From positions 39,866,001-39,930,000 of the forward strand of contig NW_027361810.1 of the NCBI RefSeq assembly GCF_039654945.1: DNA of 64,000 nucleotides. Reading direction: 5' to 3'. Each line of letters opens with the position of its first letter. Positions within the stretch are counted from its first letter, which is position 1. Positions 28,965 through 41,954 of this stretch are shown here, piece after piece. Made by a program: the position numbers and the translations under genes. The notes beneath the pieces are model-generated. The model did not search any database, was not told the origin of the DNA, and was given only the letters and a program-made list of their open reading frames with translations. The DNA is from Dendrobates tinctorius (lineage: Eukaryota).

Positions 28965-30521
28965 TGTGGGGAGGAGGACCCCCATATAGTGTTTGGGCCG
29001 GAACCAAGGGGACCGCCATCAGAATTATTGAAGGAAGCACAAGAGGGGAATTACAAAGGGAGACATGCGACTGAGGTTGTCAGGGCAACAGGGGGAGGGG
29101 CTAGGGTAAAAGGAGCAGGGGACGCGCTGAAGTGGCAGTTGGGGAAGAGAGGGAGTGAAGGCAAGACGCAGGGTGACTTGCAGGGGCACCGAGAGGAGCC
29201 TGCGAGGAGAAAGCGACCGATTTACCGACAAGAGACGTGAGAGACTGTGCCCAGAGACTGCTCCCCGCTCCCGTTCTGAGAGAATTATCCCCGCTAACCC
29301 CCGCCTTGAAGGGAGAGGAACTATACCTCCGGTTGTGGCCGTGAGTACCGGTAACCAGGCCTCAGAGACCTGGGCCCTTCCCCCCAGCCTTCCCCCATCA
29401 CGCCGACCCGGCCATCATCGGCCTCAAGATACGCCACATTGTCACAGGCGGGATAAAAGGCTCGCTACCCTGGCTTAGGAAGAGACTCCTTGGTAAAGGA
29501 CGGCTACAGGCCTTTCTGGGGAACTGCGTCATCACCGCGCGCCACCTCCATCATTTACTTCAGGGCCCGTTGAGCCCCAGCGGCAGCGTTTTCTTCAGGG
29601 CCTGTTGTGCCCCAGCGGCAGCGTTATCTACAGGGCCTGTTGCGCCCCAACGTCCCCGTTTCCTTCAGGGCCTGTTGCGCCCCAGCGGCAGTGTTTCCTT
29701 CAGGGCCTGTTGCGCCCCAGCGGCAGCGTTACCTTCAGGGCCTGTTGCGCCCCAACGTCCCCGTTTCCTTCAGGGCCTGTTGCGCCCCAACGTCCTTGTT
29801 TTCTTCAGGGCTTGTTGCGCCCCAATGGTATTATTTTCTTCAGGGCCTGTTGCCCCCACCGACGTCACTTTCCTCAGGACAGCCGCCTCAGCGACCTCAA
29901 CACGGCCACACTACTGAACCCCGCAGTCCCTGGAAGGCTAAGTGAAGCTATATTTGGTTAAGTTTGTTGAGTCCCTGCGTGGACTGTTGATGTTGTTTCT
30001 TTAACCTTGTTTTGTTCAGCCTAGCCCATCGGCTAGAGTTATATAAACGTGATTTCGAAAACCACCATTCGTCTAGTGTCTCGTCACTGCATCCTGCCGA
30101 CTACGCCAAGTGTAGGGTCGGACAGGTTCGCAGGATGCAGTGACGAGACACTAGACGAATGGTGGTTTTCAAAATCACGTTTCGGGGGTTAGCGGGGATA
30201 ATTCTCTCAGAACGGGAGCGGGGAGCAGTCTCTGGGCACAGTCTCTCACGTCTCTTGTCGGTAAATCGGTTGCTTTCTCCTCGCAGGCTCCTCTCGGTGC
30301 CCCTGCAAGTCACCCTGCGTCTTGCCTTCACTCCCTCTCTTCCCCAACTGCCACTTCAGCGCGTCCCCTGCTCCTTTTACCCTAGCCCCTCCCCCTGTTG
30401 CCCTGACAACCTCAGTCGCATGTCTCCCTTTGTAATTCCCCTCTTGTGCTTCCTTCAATAACTCTGATGGCGGTCCCCTTGGTTCCGGCCCAAACACTAT
30501 ATGGGGGTCCTCCTCCCCACA
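28965..30521. mobile_element. Gypsy-LTR-derived fold-back element with inverted U3 ends and a central tRNA-Ser PBS
   Basis: TG...CA ends; 4-bp TSD TCTG; inverted arms 28965-29303/30183-30521 and 30045-30097/30130-30182; PBS at 30091-30108. Confidence 0.85.
29559..29860 (+). repeat. About 31-33-bp tandem repeat inside the LTR arm
   Basis: CTTCAGGGCCTGTTGCGCCCCA repeated about 9 times. Confidence 0.9.
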
Positions 30522-30827
30522 TCTGCTGCATTTTTTTACTACTTTTTCTCATTTTTTTTTTTAATCCACTTTTAGTGCAGAAACACTGAGACTCTGCACT
30601 TAAAAAACGCAACTGAATTTTTTACATTAAACTTACATATACAAGGAACTATAGTGACACCTAAATATCTGTAACCATGAGAAATTAGATTAATCGGTGC
30701 CAGCACGACAGCAGTACAACACACTTGGATCAATTGAAAGAACCAAAAAGAGAAGGGGGGGGGTGAGTAACCGTTTAATGGTATTTTTTTTATAAAAGGG
30801 TAAGTTTTGTAAAATAGCCTTTATTTA

Positions 30828-31278
30828 GGGCAGTTTCACACGTCCAGATAATTCCGGTACCGGAAAAACCGGTACTGGAGCTATCCGTGTCCGTGTGCAT
30901 ACGGAGGTCATCCGTGTGCTGTCCGTGTGCTATCCGTATGTCCGTGTGTACCATCCAAGTGCTGTCCGTGTGCTGTCCGTATGCTGTCCGTGTGTCCGTG
31001 TTTTTGAAAAATTATTTTTAATATTAACCCTTTGATTTTTTGTCCGTGTGCGGTACGTGTTTACACGGACCCATTGACTTGTATGGGTCCGTGTGATCCG
31101 TGCTGTTGCACAAAAACGGACATGTCAGCGTGTTTTGCACACGGACACACGGTCCGTGAAAACACGCTGACATCTGCATAGACACATTCATGAGAATGTG
31201 TCTACGTGTATCAGTGTCTCCGGTACGTGAGAAAACTGTCACTACACGTACCGGAGACACTGACGTGTGAAACTGCCC
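30828..31278. mobile_element. Harbinger-type MITE
   Basis: TIR GGGCAGTTTCACACGTC / GACGTGTGAAACTGCCC; TTA/TAA flanks; internal TCCGTG repeats. Confidence 0.88.
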
Positions 31279-33035
31279 TAAGACAAATATCCGGCCAAAA
31301 GGTGGCTGTTCCGACAGCGGCAACCCATGCAGGGATTATCTGTTTGTTAGGCTATCCCTGCATGTGTTGCAGCTGTCGAACATCCATGAGACATGCAACC
31401 GCGGGGACTCGAGCATACCGTATTATTCGAGCACGCCAAAGACACTCTGCTAGCACTAAGCACGCTCAGATAACGCCTTATCCCAGCATCGCTCATCACT
31501 ACTCGTTATAAAACTTTAGAAAAAGCTTTTTTTTTTTTCCCCATGCCATCATCCAGACCTAGGACATTCATATGTATAATATGAAGACAATCCATAATTA
31601 TACTAATAAGACTAGATATCTGCACCACACTCTACGTTTAAAGAAATACAAAGAGCAAAAAAAAAATCTCTTACACACAGACATAAGGAATTTGTAATTT
31701 CAGATAAACGTTAGGAAATATTTATCTTCCGCAGCGGAGAAAAGCCCGACAATAACTTACATTTATCTTCCTGGAGCAGGTGTTCCATAAAACGCCGATA
31801 TAGATCGGTAGAATTAAATTCCCATTATCACAAAGGGGAAATGACTCGTCTCTTAGAGGAGAACACCAAGAATGACATTAAAGGGAAAGTGGCAGTAGGT
31901 CCGAGCTGTCCGAACCAAGCGCAACATGAATTACCGACCGGCTGCGCTTTGCTGTCGCGTATGTAGGATATTCTGGCCAGGTACAATGCCAAAGCCGGTC
32001 GCTGGCGGCATGTGTGTATATAGAGAGCGGGGAGGAGAGAAGCTACCTTGGAACTGTGTGTGATCCATGATGAATCTGAGCATTGATGAGGATGGTGATT
32101 GGTGGGGATATGCACACCTATGCTTTGGATAGTTCATCAACAAAAGGTTGTGGGTGTCCGAAAGTAAAAACGTACGGAGCAGAACACTACAGCTCTGCAT
32201 ACTGTTCAGCAGTCTCTGCCGGGCGCTTCAGAATAGCTCCTGATCTGTAGTACCTGACAGCGGCCACTTAGTGCATGGTGCTGTTGAGTTATGCTTCGTT
32301 CACTTTTTACATTGATCGTCGAAAATCCACACGTCACACCCCAATAATTCGGAAATAATTCATTAATATAAGTGTGGGACCACCCCTTTAAGAATCACAC
32401 ACTGGGACACCTTTATCAAATGAAACAAGCTAAAATTCAATATATATGAAAGACTTAAACGAGCAGTCCACCGGATATGGGATAACTACTAGAGGTCTGA
32501 CCACTGAGACCCCACTGATCTAAAGCACTTATTACCTCACACAGAAGACAGAGCTGTGTGTGTAAAAAAAATAAAAATAAAAAAATATTGTGCCATATAC
32601 AGTACAGTAAACCATTTCATTTCATGTTTTTTTTATATGTCTTTCATTAGTAATTAGATGAGGGTTGATGTGTAAAATTTGGGAGGTGTAGGTGTTAATT
32701 TAATGGGTTAATTTGATGTAAAAAAATGTGTGGGCTCCAGCGGTAATTTGTCAACCAGAGAGGAAAAGCAGGTGAGTGAGGGCAGATTTTAATAGCCATG
32801 AGAGGGACCATTGTTTTTGGCCCCTCCCCTGGCTACAAAAATCTGCCCCCAGACACCCCAGAAATGGTGGTAAAAAACGCATTTCCAACTATATTTTATG
32901 ACACTGGGTATGCTCCAGAAAAAAACGCATAAAAAACACGCAGAACAAAATGTGTTTTTCCTGGGAAGGAGTCCGGTTTTTAGTCAGGAATTTTCCGCAT
33001 ACGTGGGTACATAGCCTTACTGTTTAACTCCATAT

Positions 33036-33862
33036 CAGCATGGGTTTATGAGGAATCGCTCCTGTCAAACCAATCCAATCAGTTTTTATGAAGAGGTAAG
33101 CTACAAACTGGACCAAGGTGAGTCATTGGACGTGGTATAGCTTGATTTTTTTCAAAGCGTTTGATACCGTCGCACACAATAGGTTGGTACACAAAATGAG
33201 AATGCTGGGCCTGGGGGAAAATGTATGTAAATGGGTAAGTAACTGGCTTAGTGATAGAAAGCAGAGGGTGGTTATAAATGGTATATTCTCTAACTGGGTC
33301 GCTGTGACCAGTGGGGTACCGCAGGGGTCGGTGTTGGGACCTATTCTCTTCAACATATTTATTAACGATCTGGTAGAAGGTTTGCACAGTAAAATATCGA
33401 TATTTGCAGATGATATAAAACTATGTAAAGCAATACAAGAGAAGATAGTATTCTGCTACAGATGGATCTGGATAAATTGGAAACTTGGGCCCAAAGGTGG
33501 CAGATGCGGTTTAACATTGATAAAGGTAAGGTTATACACATGGGAAGAATTACACACTGAATGGGAAACCACTGGGTAAATCTGACATGGAGAAGGACTT
33601 GGGGATCCTATTAATGATAAACTTACCTGGAGCAGCCAGTGCCAGGCAGCGGCTGCCAAGGCAAACAGGATCATGGGGTGCATTAAAAGAGGTCTGGATA
33701 CACATGATGAGAGCATTATACTGCATCTGTACAAATCTCTGGTGAGACCGCACATGGTGTACTGTGTACAGTTTTGGGCACCGGTGCTCTTGAAGGATAT
33801 AATGGAACTAGAGCTAGTACAAAGGAGGGCAACGAAATTAATAAAGGGGATGGGGGAAGTAC
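33036..33862 (+). mobile_element. CR1 LINE RT fragment, decayed
   Basis: FKAFDTVAH, SGVPQGSVLGPILFNIFINDL, FADD, LYKSLVRPH motifs with frameshifts. Confidence 0.9.
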
Positions 33863-34080
33863 AGGGATGGGGGAACGACAATACCAAGAGGGATTTCTGG
33901 TTTCCAGATGTTTTCAACACCTTTTAGAACACTGCACATTTGTATGCTAATATCCTCCATAAGCCCCTAGAGAGATTTTGTGCACATGTAAATTTTGCAC
34001 AAATTTTTTTAGGTTCTGAAAATTTATGCAAAATGTTTAGCGATTACTGTACTTGTATAGAGTTTCATCATCTTTACTAG

Positions 34081-34482
34081 TGCAAAAAAAAAGGGGGAGA
34101 CAAAAAAGCGCAATAGGGTCTTATCCACGTTACAAAAGACAGTATATCATGAAATATGCTCACCTGGTTAGGATGAGATAAGAGCGTGTAGGTAGCGGCT
34201 GCTGCAGATCCACAGGTCTTCAGCGACCAAAGAAATCATGAATCCAAAGGGAGTTTGTAGCTATATTCCGCGCTGCCGCTTTAGACAAATTCCAGGAGAA
34301 TGCTGTATGATTGCAGTGGTTTTATTCTACGTGTTTCAGGGGTCTCATTCCCCCTTCATCAGGAAATACCACCATACTTGGTGAAACGCGTAGAATAAAA
34401 CCACTGCAATCATACAGCATTCTCCTGGAATTTGTCTAAAGCGGCAGCGCGGAATATAGCTACAAACTCCCTTTGGATTCAT
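34081..34482 (-). mobile_element. Penelope-like fold-back remnant with hammerhead ribozyme
   Basis: 101-bp inverted arms 34238-34338 / 34382-34482; 17-bp TSD TTCATCATCTTTACTAG at 34064 and 34478. Confidence 0.82.
34323..34368 (-). ncRNA. Minimal type I hammerhead ribozyme
   Basis: Minus strand UAUUUC CUGAUGA AGGGG-GAAUGAGA-CCCCU GAAA CACGUA GAAUA; the opposite arm retains ACGCGU. Confidence 0.75.
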
Positions 34483-34594
34483 CATCTTTACTAGCACAGA
34501 CCTTTAATGGTAGGTAGAATAAAGTATAACTGCTAGATTATAATATATAGTGTTGGACAACCCAAATATTTGTAAAAGTACAAGAAATAATTAA

Positions 34595-34968
34595 AGGGGT
34601 TGTATCGGGACTTTTAACATTGATGGCCTATCCTTAGGATTGATCACCAATGTCTAAACCCGCCGATCAGCTGTTCCTGGGGCCGGCAGAGGGCGGAACT
34701 ACTCAGTTACAGAGTTGCATAGCACCGACTACGGAATAATGGCCACTTCTGGGTACTGCACATCCATCCCTTATTGATCTGAATATGGGACGGATGTGCA
34801 GTACCCGGCCACGGCCACTATACAGTTAATGCAGCTCCGTAACTGAACAGTTCCGACTGCCACCGACACTGGAAACAGCTCATTAGAGGGAGTGCCGGTT
34901 GTTGCACACCCACCGATCAGACATTGATGACTTATCCTAAGCCTAGGCTATCACATGTTAAAGCCCCT
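34595..34968. mobile_element. T2/Kolobok-type MITE
   Basis: TTAA-AGGGGTTG ... CCCCT-TTAA with internal inverted symmetry. Confidence 0.75.
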
Positions 34969-36271
34969 TTAAGAATACAAAGTCAATATTATTTATCATC
35001 TCTATTGAAATGATTTTTAATACTCTTCACTTGAAGGGGTTGGTGACTAATTTTTTATTGATGGCCTTTGGTTAGGATAGGCCATCAATAAATGATTGGT
35101 GGGGGTACGACACCTTGCAACCCCACCAGCAGTAGCCGAAAATTCACACAGCAGCTCTGTCAATGTGGTACTAGCAGGTACGCAGGATGCAGTGACGAGT
35201 CGCGAGACGATTTGGTGTTTTTGTAATAACGTTTATGGGCCTAGAGGTGACTTTCCTCAGGCTCGGCCTGACCGGCAAAAACGGGGAACACGGGTTGCCC
35301 TTGCAGGGGCTCAATACAAATAAACACAAACGATAGAACACAACTACTTCCGGCAATAGCCGGTCACTATAGGGCCACGGTATGGCCGACTATGGGTCCT
35401 TAATCATAAAGTCAACTTAGCCGTTCAGATGTCCCTCGCCGTTCGGATTGGTGGTCTGTCGGCGTAGTAGTTGCTGGGCCCAGTTGCTGAGACAATGGCG
35501 AAGTCTTCGCGCGCTCCGGCGCACTGATGACACTGAAGCCTCACAGGCTCCGGCGGGGTCCTTGGACGATTGGGCCGCAGCCCCCGGCTTGGGGCAAGCG
35601 GCAGCGATGGGTGGTGGCAGGTGACAGGCCACCTGCGCAGCCAACGGCTGCGACAGGGAGTCCGCTGTCAGCAGAGGCCCGGCCCCTGCTGCGGACCGGA
35701 GCGGGACAGTGATGGCCGCCGGCAGTGCTGTACTTGCCGCAGCCACTCGTGAGGACAGGGCGGCTGCCAGCAGCGGGGAACAGGCCACCGACATGGGCTC
35801 AGGAGGGATGGCAGCGGCCGTGGGTGACCGCGAGCAGGCCGCAGCCGCGGGCTGAGGGGAAGCAGCAGCGGCCGCGAGTTAGACTGGGGCCACAGTGGCT
35901 GCGGGCTGGAGCGGGGCAGCAAGTCCCAGATTGTCATCTGGAGTCCTCGGTGAGCGTCCTCCCTGGCACTGGTGAGTCGCTCTCCCTTGCAGCAGCTTCC
36001 ACTGTCTCCTGCTCTCTCTGTGTCGGTCTGCTGACTCATCGCCCCGGGAATTCCCCACCTTCTTTATATTGGTCCCTCCCCCAGCCCATCTGTCTGCCAC
36101 AGTGGTCCGTCCCTGAATCCTGTCCCCCGGGGACAGTTTACCCCGGAACCCAGATGACGGCTCCCATGGTTCCGGCCCGGGCACTCGACAGGGGCCGTTC
36201 CTCCCACACTCCCCTGCCTTGTATGCTCGCCAGTCCTCTGGCGAGGGTTTTTGTAGACTCGGACTAGTCTT

Positions 36272-39200
36272 TCAGGACGCCAGTCCTTGTCGCCATATGA
36301 ACTGGTCCTGTTCGTAACGTTCAGGGGGTTTGCCAGCTGTTGACCGCTCGGAGCGTCGAAGCTCGGGTATCATGGAGTCTTCTGGGGTGGTGGAGGGTGG
36401 TCGCATAGTGGGTTCTGGTGGGATGTCCGGGTCTACTGGAGTGCCACTACTGGGGCGACCCGCAGATGTGACGGGGGAGTCCTCTTCGTCATCCAGGCCC
36501 CAGACTGTGGGTAGGGGGTTGGGGACCTGGAGGGTCGGTTCGAGCTGCGGGAGATCGGTAGACGTACAAGGTCGCAACATGTTGCGAGGAAACAACTCGA
36601 GTGAGGTGCGTTGTCTCCTTCTGATTGTATTTCGTACACAGGCCCGTCGGGGCTTATTTGGCGCAACACTCAGTACGGATTCACCTCCCACCGTGGCTCT
36701 AACTTGTTTTGGGGACGTTGATCAAGTACGAGGACCCGATCCCCAGTCTGAAAGTCAATGGGTGGGGGCAGGGCTCCCCCCTGGTGTTCTAGATCCTGAA
36801 GTTTTGTGTGGACAATACGGTGAAGGGTCTGCAGCCAGTGCCGGTGGTTTCGGACCCACGAGGATACCCCGGTCCAGGGTAGGGGCTCCTCCAGGTTCAA
36901 CTCCACCTCAGTAATTCCTTTGCCTTCCCGTCCGAACAACAATGAGTAGGGGGTGTAACCAGTCACTCGATGCACCCGATTGTTGTATACCCACACCAGC
37001 TCGGGGACATATTCAGGCCAGCGGGCCTTGCGGTCGCTCTCTAGAGTATGCAGCATTTGGATTAGCGTGCGATTGAATCGTTCGCAGGCTCCGTTTCCCT
37101 GCGGGTGGTACGGCCTAGTCCTCGACTTATCGATGCCGTAAAAATGGTGTAGCTCTTCCATGACTTTTCCTAGGAAGCATGCTCCTTGGTCCGAATGTAT
37201 CCGTTGTGGACAGCCGTACACTTGAATAAAGTTCTTACAAATCGCATAGGCGGCCGACTCCGCTGTTTGGTCTCGAGTGGGGGTGACCACGGCGAATTTG
37301 GTGAAATGGTCCACCATAACGAGACAATGTTCATACCCCTGATAGGCCGGACCTATAGTCAGATAGTCCACCGTAAGAAGCTCCAGAGGGGCTGATGTTA
37401 CGATAGTTTGCACCGGGGCTCGTTGCGCGGGGGGGGTTTAGTGAGCTCGCACGGGCAGCAGGTTCGACAAACTTCTTCTACAGCAGCGTGCAAGCGTGGG
37501 TGGTATGCTATCTGCTGCAACCATTGTAAAGTCTTTTGAGCCCCAAAATGAGCTCCCTTCTCGTGGGCTTCCCGGGCCAGTTGGTTGAGATGGGCTCCCG
37601 GCACGATCACCTGCCATATTGTAGCCGACCCTGGTTCGTGACACGGCTTTTTGATACAAAAGTTCCTTTTTGATGATTAGTCTTTCCCACTGGCGCAACA
37701 TTAGCAACATATCTTGGGTTAAAGCCTGTCTCTGTGAGCCCATGGGCAATTTGCTGGTGGCCACCCATCGGCGCAGGAGTCCAACTTCTGTATCTTCCTG
37801 TTGCTGTTGAATCCATTTGTCACGGGGCTGTTCCAGCATCCTTCCTAGGAGCCCTGGATGAGGCACTTCCTGCGTGTTGACTGTAGGTGCGGCGGGGGTG
37901 ACGGCGAACGGCGTCTCGTCTGTTTCTAATTTGTTGTCTCGACTTCGCCCTGGGGTGGGGTGTCGGATTCTGGAGAGCGCGTCGGCGTGCACGTTTTCAG
38001 CACCCCGTTTGTAGTTGATCTTATACTTGAATTTGGCCATCTGAGCCACCCACCACTGCTCCAGGGCCCCCAGTTTGGCATTCTCCAAATGGGCTAATGG
38101 GTTATCGGTCCGCACTACTACTTCGGAGCCCGCCAGGTACTCTGCGAATCGTTCCATCATTGCCCACACTACCGCGAGGAGCTCGAGCTTAAAGGAGCTG
38201 TAATTGTCCGGGTTATGTTCTGAGTCGTGCAGTGACCGGCTACCGTAGGCGATCACTTTCTCCCGGCCGTCCTGCACCTGTGACAACACAGCTCCTAGTC
38301 CCTGAAGGCTCCCGTCGGTATGTAGGATGAATGGTTGTGAGAAATCCGCATATGCCAATACCGGGGTGTCCGAGAGTGCAGCCTTAAGATCTTGAAACGC
38401 ATCCTCTTGCGGTTGCTGCCACTGGATCTTCCGACCATTCGCCCCAGCGGGAGCCCCCTTCAGCAGGTCCTGCAGGGCTCGAGCTCGGTGTGCAAAATTT
38501 TTCACGAACCGACGGTAGTAGCCGGCCAGCCCCAAGAAGGCCTGCACGTCCTTCACCATCTTGGGGGTAGGCCACCCCTGGACTGCAGCGACCTTTTCCA
38601 GGGATGGTCGGACACCTTCCGCCGAGACGTTATGCCCCAGGTACTCGATTTGGGTGCGGAACAGGTGGCATTTCTGGGGCTTTACCTTTAACCTGTACTT
38701 CTGCAGCCGGCCGGGCACCTGCCCCAACCGCTTCAGGTGGTCCTCGAACGTGGCGGAGTAGACGATAATATCATCCAGGTATTTCAACGTGTCTTCAAAG
38801 TTGAGGTCTCCTAGACACCGCTCCATCAACCGCTGGAAAGTTCCTGCCCAAACGGCATCCGATTGAACTCGAACAGTCCCATGGGAAGGATGAATGCCGT
38901 CTTGGCCCTGTCTTCCTCTGACATCGGCACCTGCCAGTACCCACTGTCCAGGTCAAGGGTTGAAAAGTACGTTGCGTTCCCCAGGGTGGACAGAGACTCT
39001 TCTATGCGGGGCAGTGGATACGAATCCTTGATGGTGCAGGCGTTCAACTTCCGATAATCCACGCAAAAACAAAAAGTGCCATCTTTCTTCCAAACCAGGA
39101 CAATAGGGGCTGCCCAAGGGCTTTGGCTCTCTCGTATGACCCCCTTCCGAAGCATTTGGGCTAACAGAGTTTTCACTTCCTGGTATAGCTGCGGTGGTAT

Positions 39201-41118
39201 TTGCCGATATCGCTCCCGGATGGGGGCCGCTCCTGCTGTGGGGATCCCATGCGTGATGGCCGTGGTACATCCAAAGTCGTCCTCGAGGCTGGCAAAGACA
39301 CTGTAAAATTGTCCGAGAATTGTCTCTACCTGGAGAAGTTGGGCTGGCGCTAGGCCGGAAAGTTCGGCCCGCATTCTCTCCAGGATGGCTCGACCTTTCT
39401 CCTGGGTCAAGGATACGGCAGTCTGTTGGGTTCGTACCGTTGCTGCCCAAGGATTTTCGGGCTGCACCTTCAACTTGACCGCGGGGTCCGGCAGCATCTC
39501 CTCCAATGGTCGTACTAGTTTGGCCATTTCGGCCTGGGGCTTCAGAGCGATATCCTGATCTTCCAGGTTGACACAACGTGCCAAAACAGTCCCCTCCCGC
39601 ACTGTGGCCAGGGAGCAGGCCACCAGGATGCCAGGGTGCAGGCGCTCCACGTAACATGGTTCCACCTGCACCTCCATGCCCTTCAGTGGTATCGGAGCGC
39701 GGATCGGCAAAGCTACCACCGTCTGCCCCGGAGGAAGCATGAGTGGGGAGCTCGACGGTGCGTTGACCTTGCCCAGCGCCTCACCCTCCTGACACTCCTG
39801 GAGCACTCACGCCTCCCGTACCAACCGCTGGAAGACCTGCCCCTGGGCCGTGCGAGAACCCCAGTGGCTCAGAGTCTCTTGTGTAGGTTCATTGAGGAGG
39901 AGGTGGCCGAACTCTCGTAGTACGTTCATACCCAGAATAACCGGATGTTTGCTGTTTGCATCTCCCTGGGTCAGGACCACTCCCCAGCGGCCGAGTGATT
40001 TGCCGCTTATTGAAATCTGCATCCAGGCTACTCCGACGACAGGAACTGGTAGCTGGTTGGCGGCTACCCACTTTATCACTGTTCCCCACTGAGGTCTCAC
40101 TGCTTCGGGAAAATATTGCCGAAAGTAAGTCTTTGGCATGGTCGTAACTTGCGATCCCGTATCTATTAGGCATCGCACGGCATGGCCTTCGATCTCTGCC
40201 CATACCACTGGGCACCGCGCGACCAAGTCTTCGTGACTTCCTCCACCCTGTGTGATGAGCTCCAGCTCCGGGCGGCGTCCCCCCGGCTCAGGGTCCTCTG
40301 CTCCTCTTGGCCAGCGGGGCAGGTTCCCCCTGGAACGTGGGCACTCCCGGGCGGAGCGTCCCAATTTTCCACTATCGCAACAGGCAAATGGTCGTGGGGA
40401 CTGACTTGGGTGGGGGCTACGATGTTTCATGCCTCCTTCACCCGGCCCTGGCCGACTCCTTGTGGCCGCTTTTTTGGCTTCGGCCAGTTCACCCTTAATA
40501 CTCTGCATCTCTTTCTTCAGCTCTCGTACCCAGTGGGGTTCGCTCAGGGCGTTTACGGATGCTTCGACACCGAGCCATCCCCATGGGAACCATCACCTCT
40601 TGCTCCTGCTCCCGAACCCATGCCTCCTTCCCTATCTCTGAAAAGGTCAGACGTGGGTCCACTTGCACTCGCTCTCGCAAAGCCTGTCTTGTCAGGGTGT
40701 CTCGTAACCCAATCACTAACATGGCTCCTAATGTTAAGTCCACGGTCCCCACGCCGACTCCGTCCTTCCTTTCAATGGCTAAAAACAGTTCCTGCAAAAC
40801 ATTCATATACTGGGTCACTGTTTCCCCCTCTTTCTGCATGCATCTAAACATCTGGGTTCTCAGTTCCCCCACATCGGTTGGGTCCCCATAGGCCTCTTCT
40901 AAGAGCTGTAACACCCGGACGAAGGTGTTGTGCTGCCCCCGGGGCCTCAACATTATGGTATCCCAGGCTTCCCCGTCCAATGCCATCAGGGCCACTTCTG
41001 CCTCTAGGTCAGGGGTAAGCGGGTGCATCCTGAATAACCCACGCATTCGCTCCGTCCAGTTCCACAGCATAGTATTGCTACCGGAGAACCTGGGTAGATT
41101 GCTTAGCATGACCCCCAA
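36272..41118 (-). pseudogene. Frameshifted gag-pol (gag, protease, RT, RNase H, integrase)
   Basis: LIDTGSQV protease; VDYRKLN and YLDD RT; TDGS RNase H; HSDQG and GNGACERFN integrase, split over six ORFs. Confidence 0.92.
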
Positions 41119-41163
41119 AGAAATGCTGGGCCGGGGCCCTCGTTGTCCGCGCTCGGAGACTGC

Positions 41164-41181
41164 ATCCTGCCGACTACGCCA
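41164..41181 (-). promoter_or_regulatory. Primer-binding site complementary to the tRNA-Ser 3' end
   Basis: TGGCGTAGTCGGCAGGAT is the complement of vertebrate tRNA-Ser ...ATCCTGCCGACTACG-CCA and starts 2 nt after the LTR CA. Confidence 0.9.
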
Positions 41182-41954
41182 AATGTGGTACTAGCAGGTA
41201 CGCAGGATGCAGTGACGAGTCGCGAGACGGTTTGGTGTTTTTGTAATAACGTTTATGGGCCTAGAGGTGACATTCCTCAGGCTCGGCCTGACCGGCAAAA
41301 AGGGGAAACACGGGTTGCCCTCACAGGGGCTCAATACAAATAAACACAAACGATAGAACAAACCAGTTGCTGAGACGATGGCGAAGTCTTCGCGTGCTCC
41401 GGCGCACTGATGACACTGGAGCCTCACAGGCTCCGACGGGGTCCTTGGACGATTGGGCCGCAGCCCCCGGCTTGGGGCAAGCGGCAGCGATGGGTGGTCG
41501 CGGGTGACAGGCCACCTGCGCAGCTAAAGGCTGCAATGGGGAGTCCGCGGTCAGCAGAGGCCCGGCCCCTGCCGCGGACCGGAGCGGGACAGTGATGGCT
41601 GCCGGCGGTGCTGCACTTGCCGCGGTCACTCATGAGGACAGGGCGGCTGCCGGCGGCAGGGAACAGGCCGCCGACGCGGGTTCAGGTGGGACGGCAGCGG
41701 CCGCAGGTGACCGCAAGCAGGCCGCAGCCGCTGGTTGAGGGGAAGCGGCAGCGGCCGCGGGTTTGACTGGGGCCGCAGTGGCCGCGGACTGGAGCGGGGC
41801 AGCAAGTCCCAGATAGTCGCCTCGGTACCGTCCCTCTGGAGTCCTCAGTGAGCGTCCTCCCTGGCACTGGTGAGTCGCTCTCCCTTGCAGCAGCTTCCAC
41901 TGTCTCCTGCTCTCTCTGTCGGTCTGCTGACTCATCGCCCTGGGAATTCCCCAC

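Noticed and set aside
29559-29860. CRISPR-like appearance of short repeats (also 51020-51345 and 14790-15965)
   Set aside because: No unique spacers and no cas genes; ordinary minisatellites in a eukaryotic context.
30091-30108. tRNA-Ser gene
   Set aside because: Only the 18-nt 3' end including CCA is present; it is a PBS, as at 41164.
28068-33015. Possible large Harbinger MITE (GGCTATGTTCCCA ... TGGGTACATAGCC) with nested insertions
   Set aside because: Flanks differ (TGA/TTA) and the two ends may belong to separate copies.
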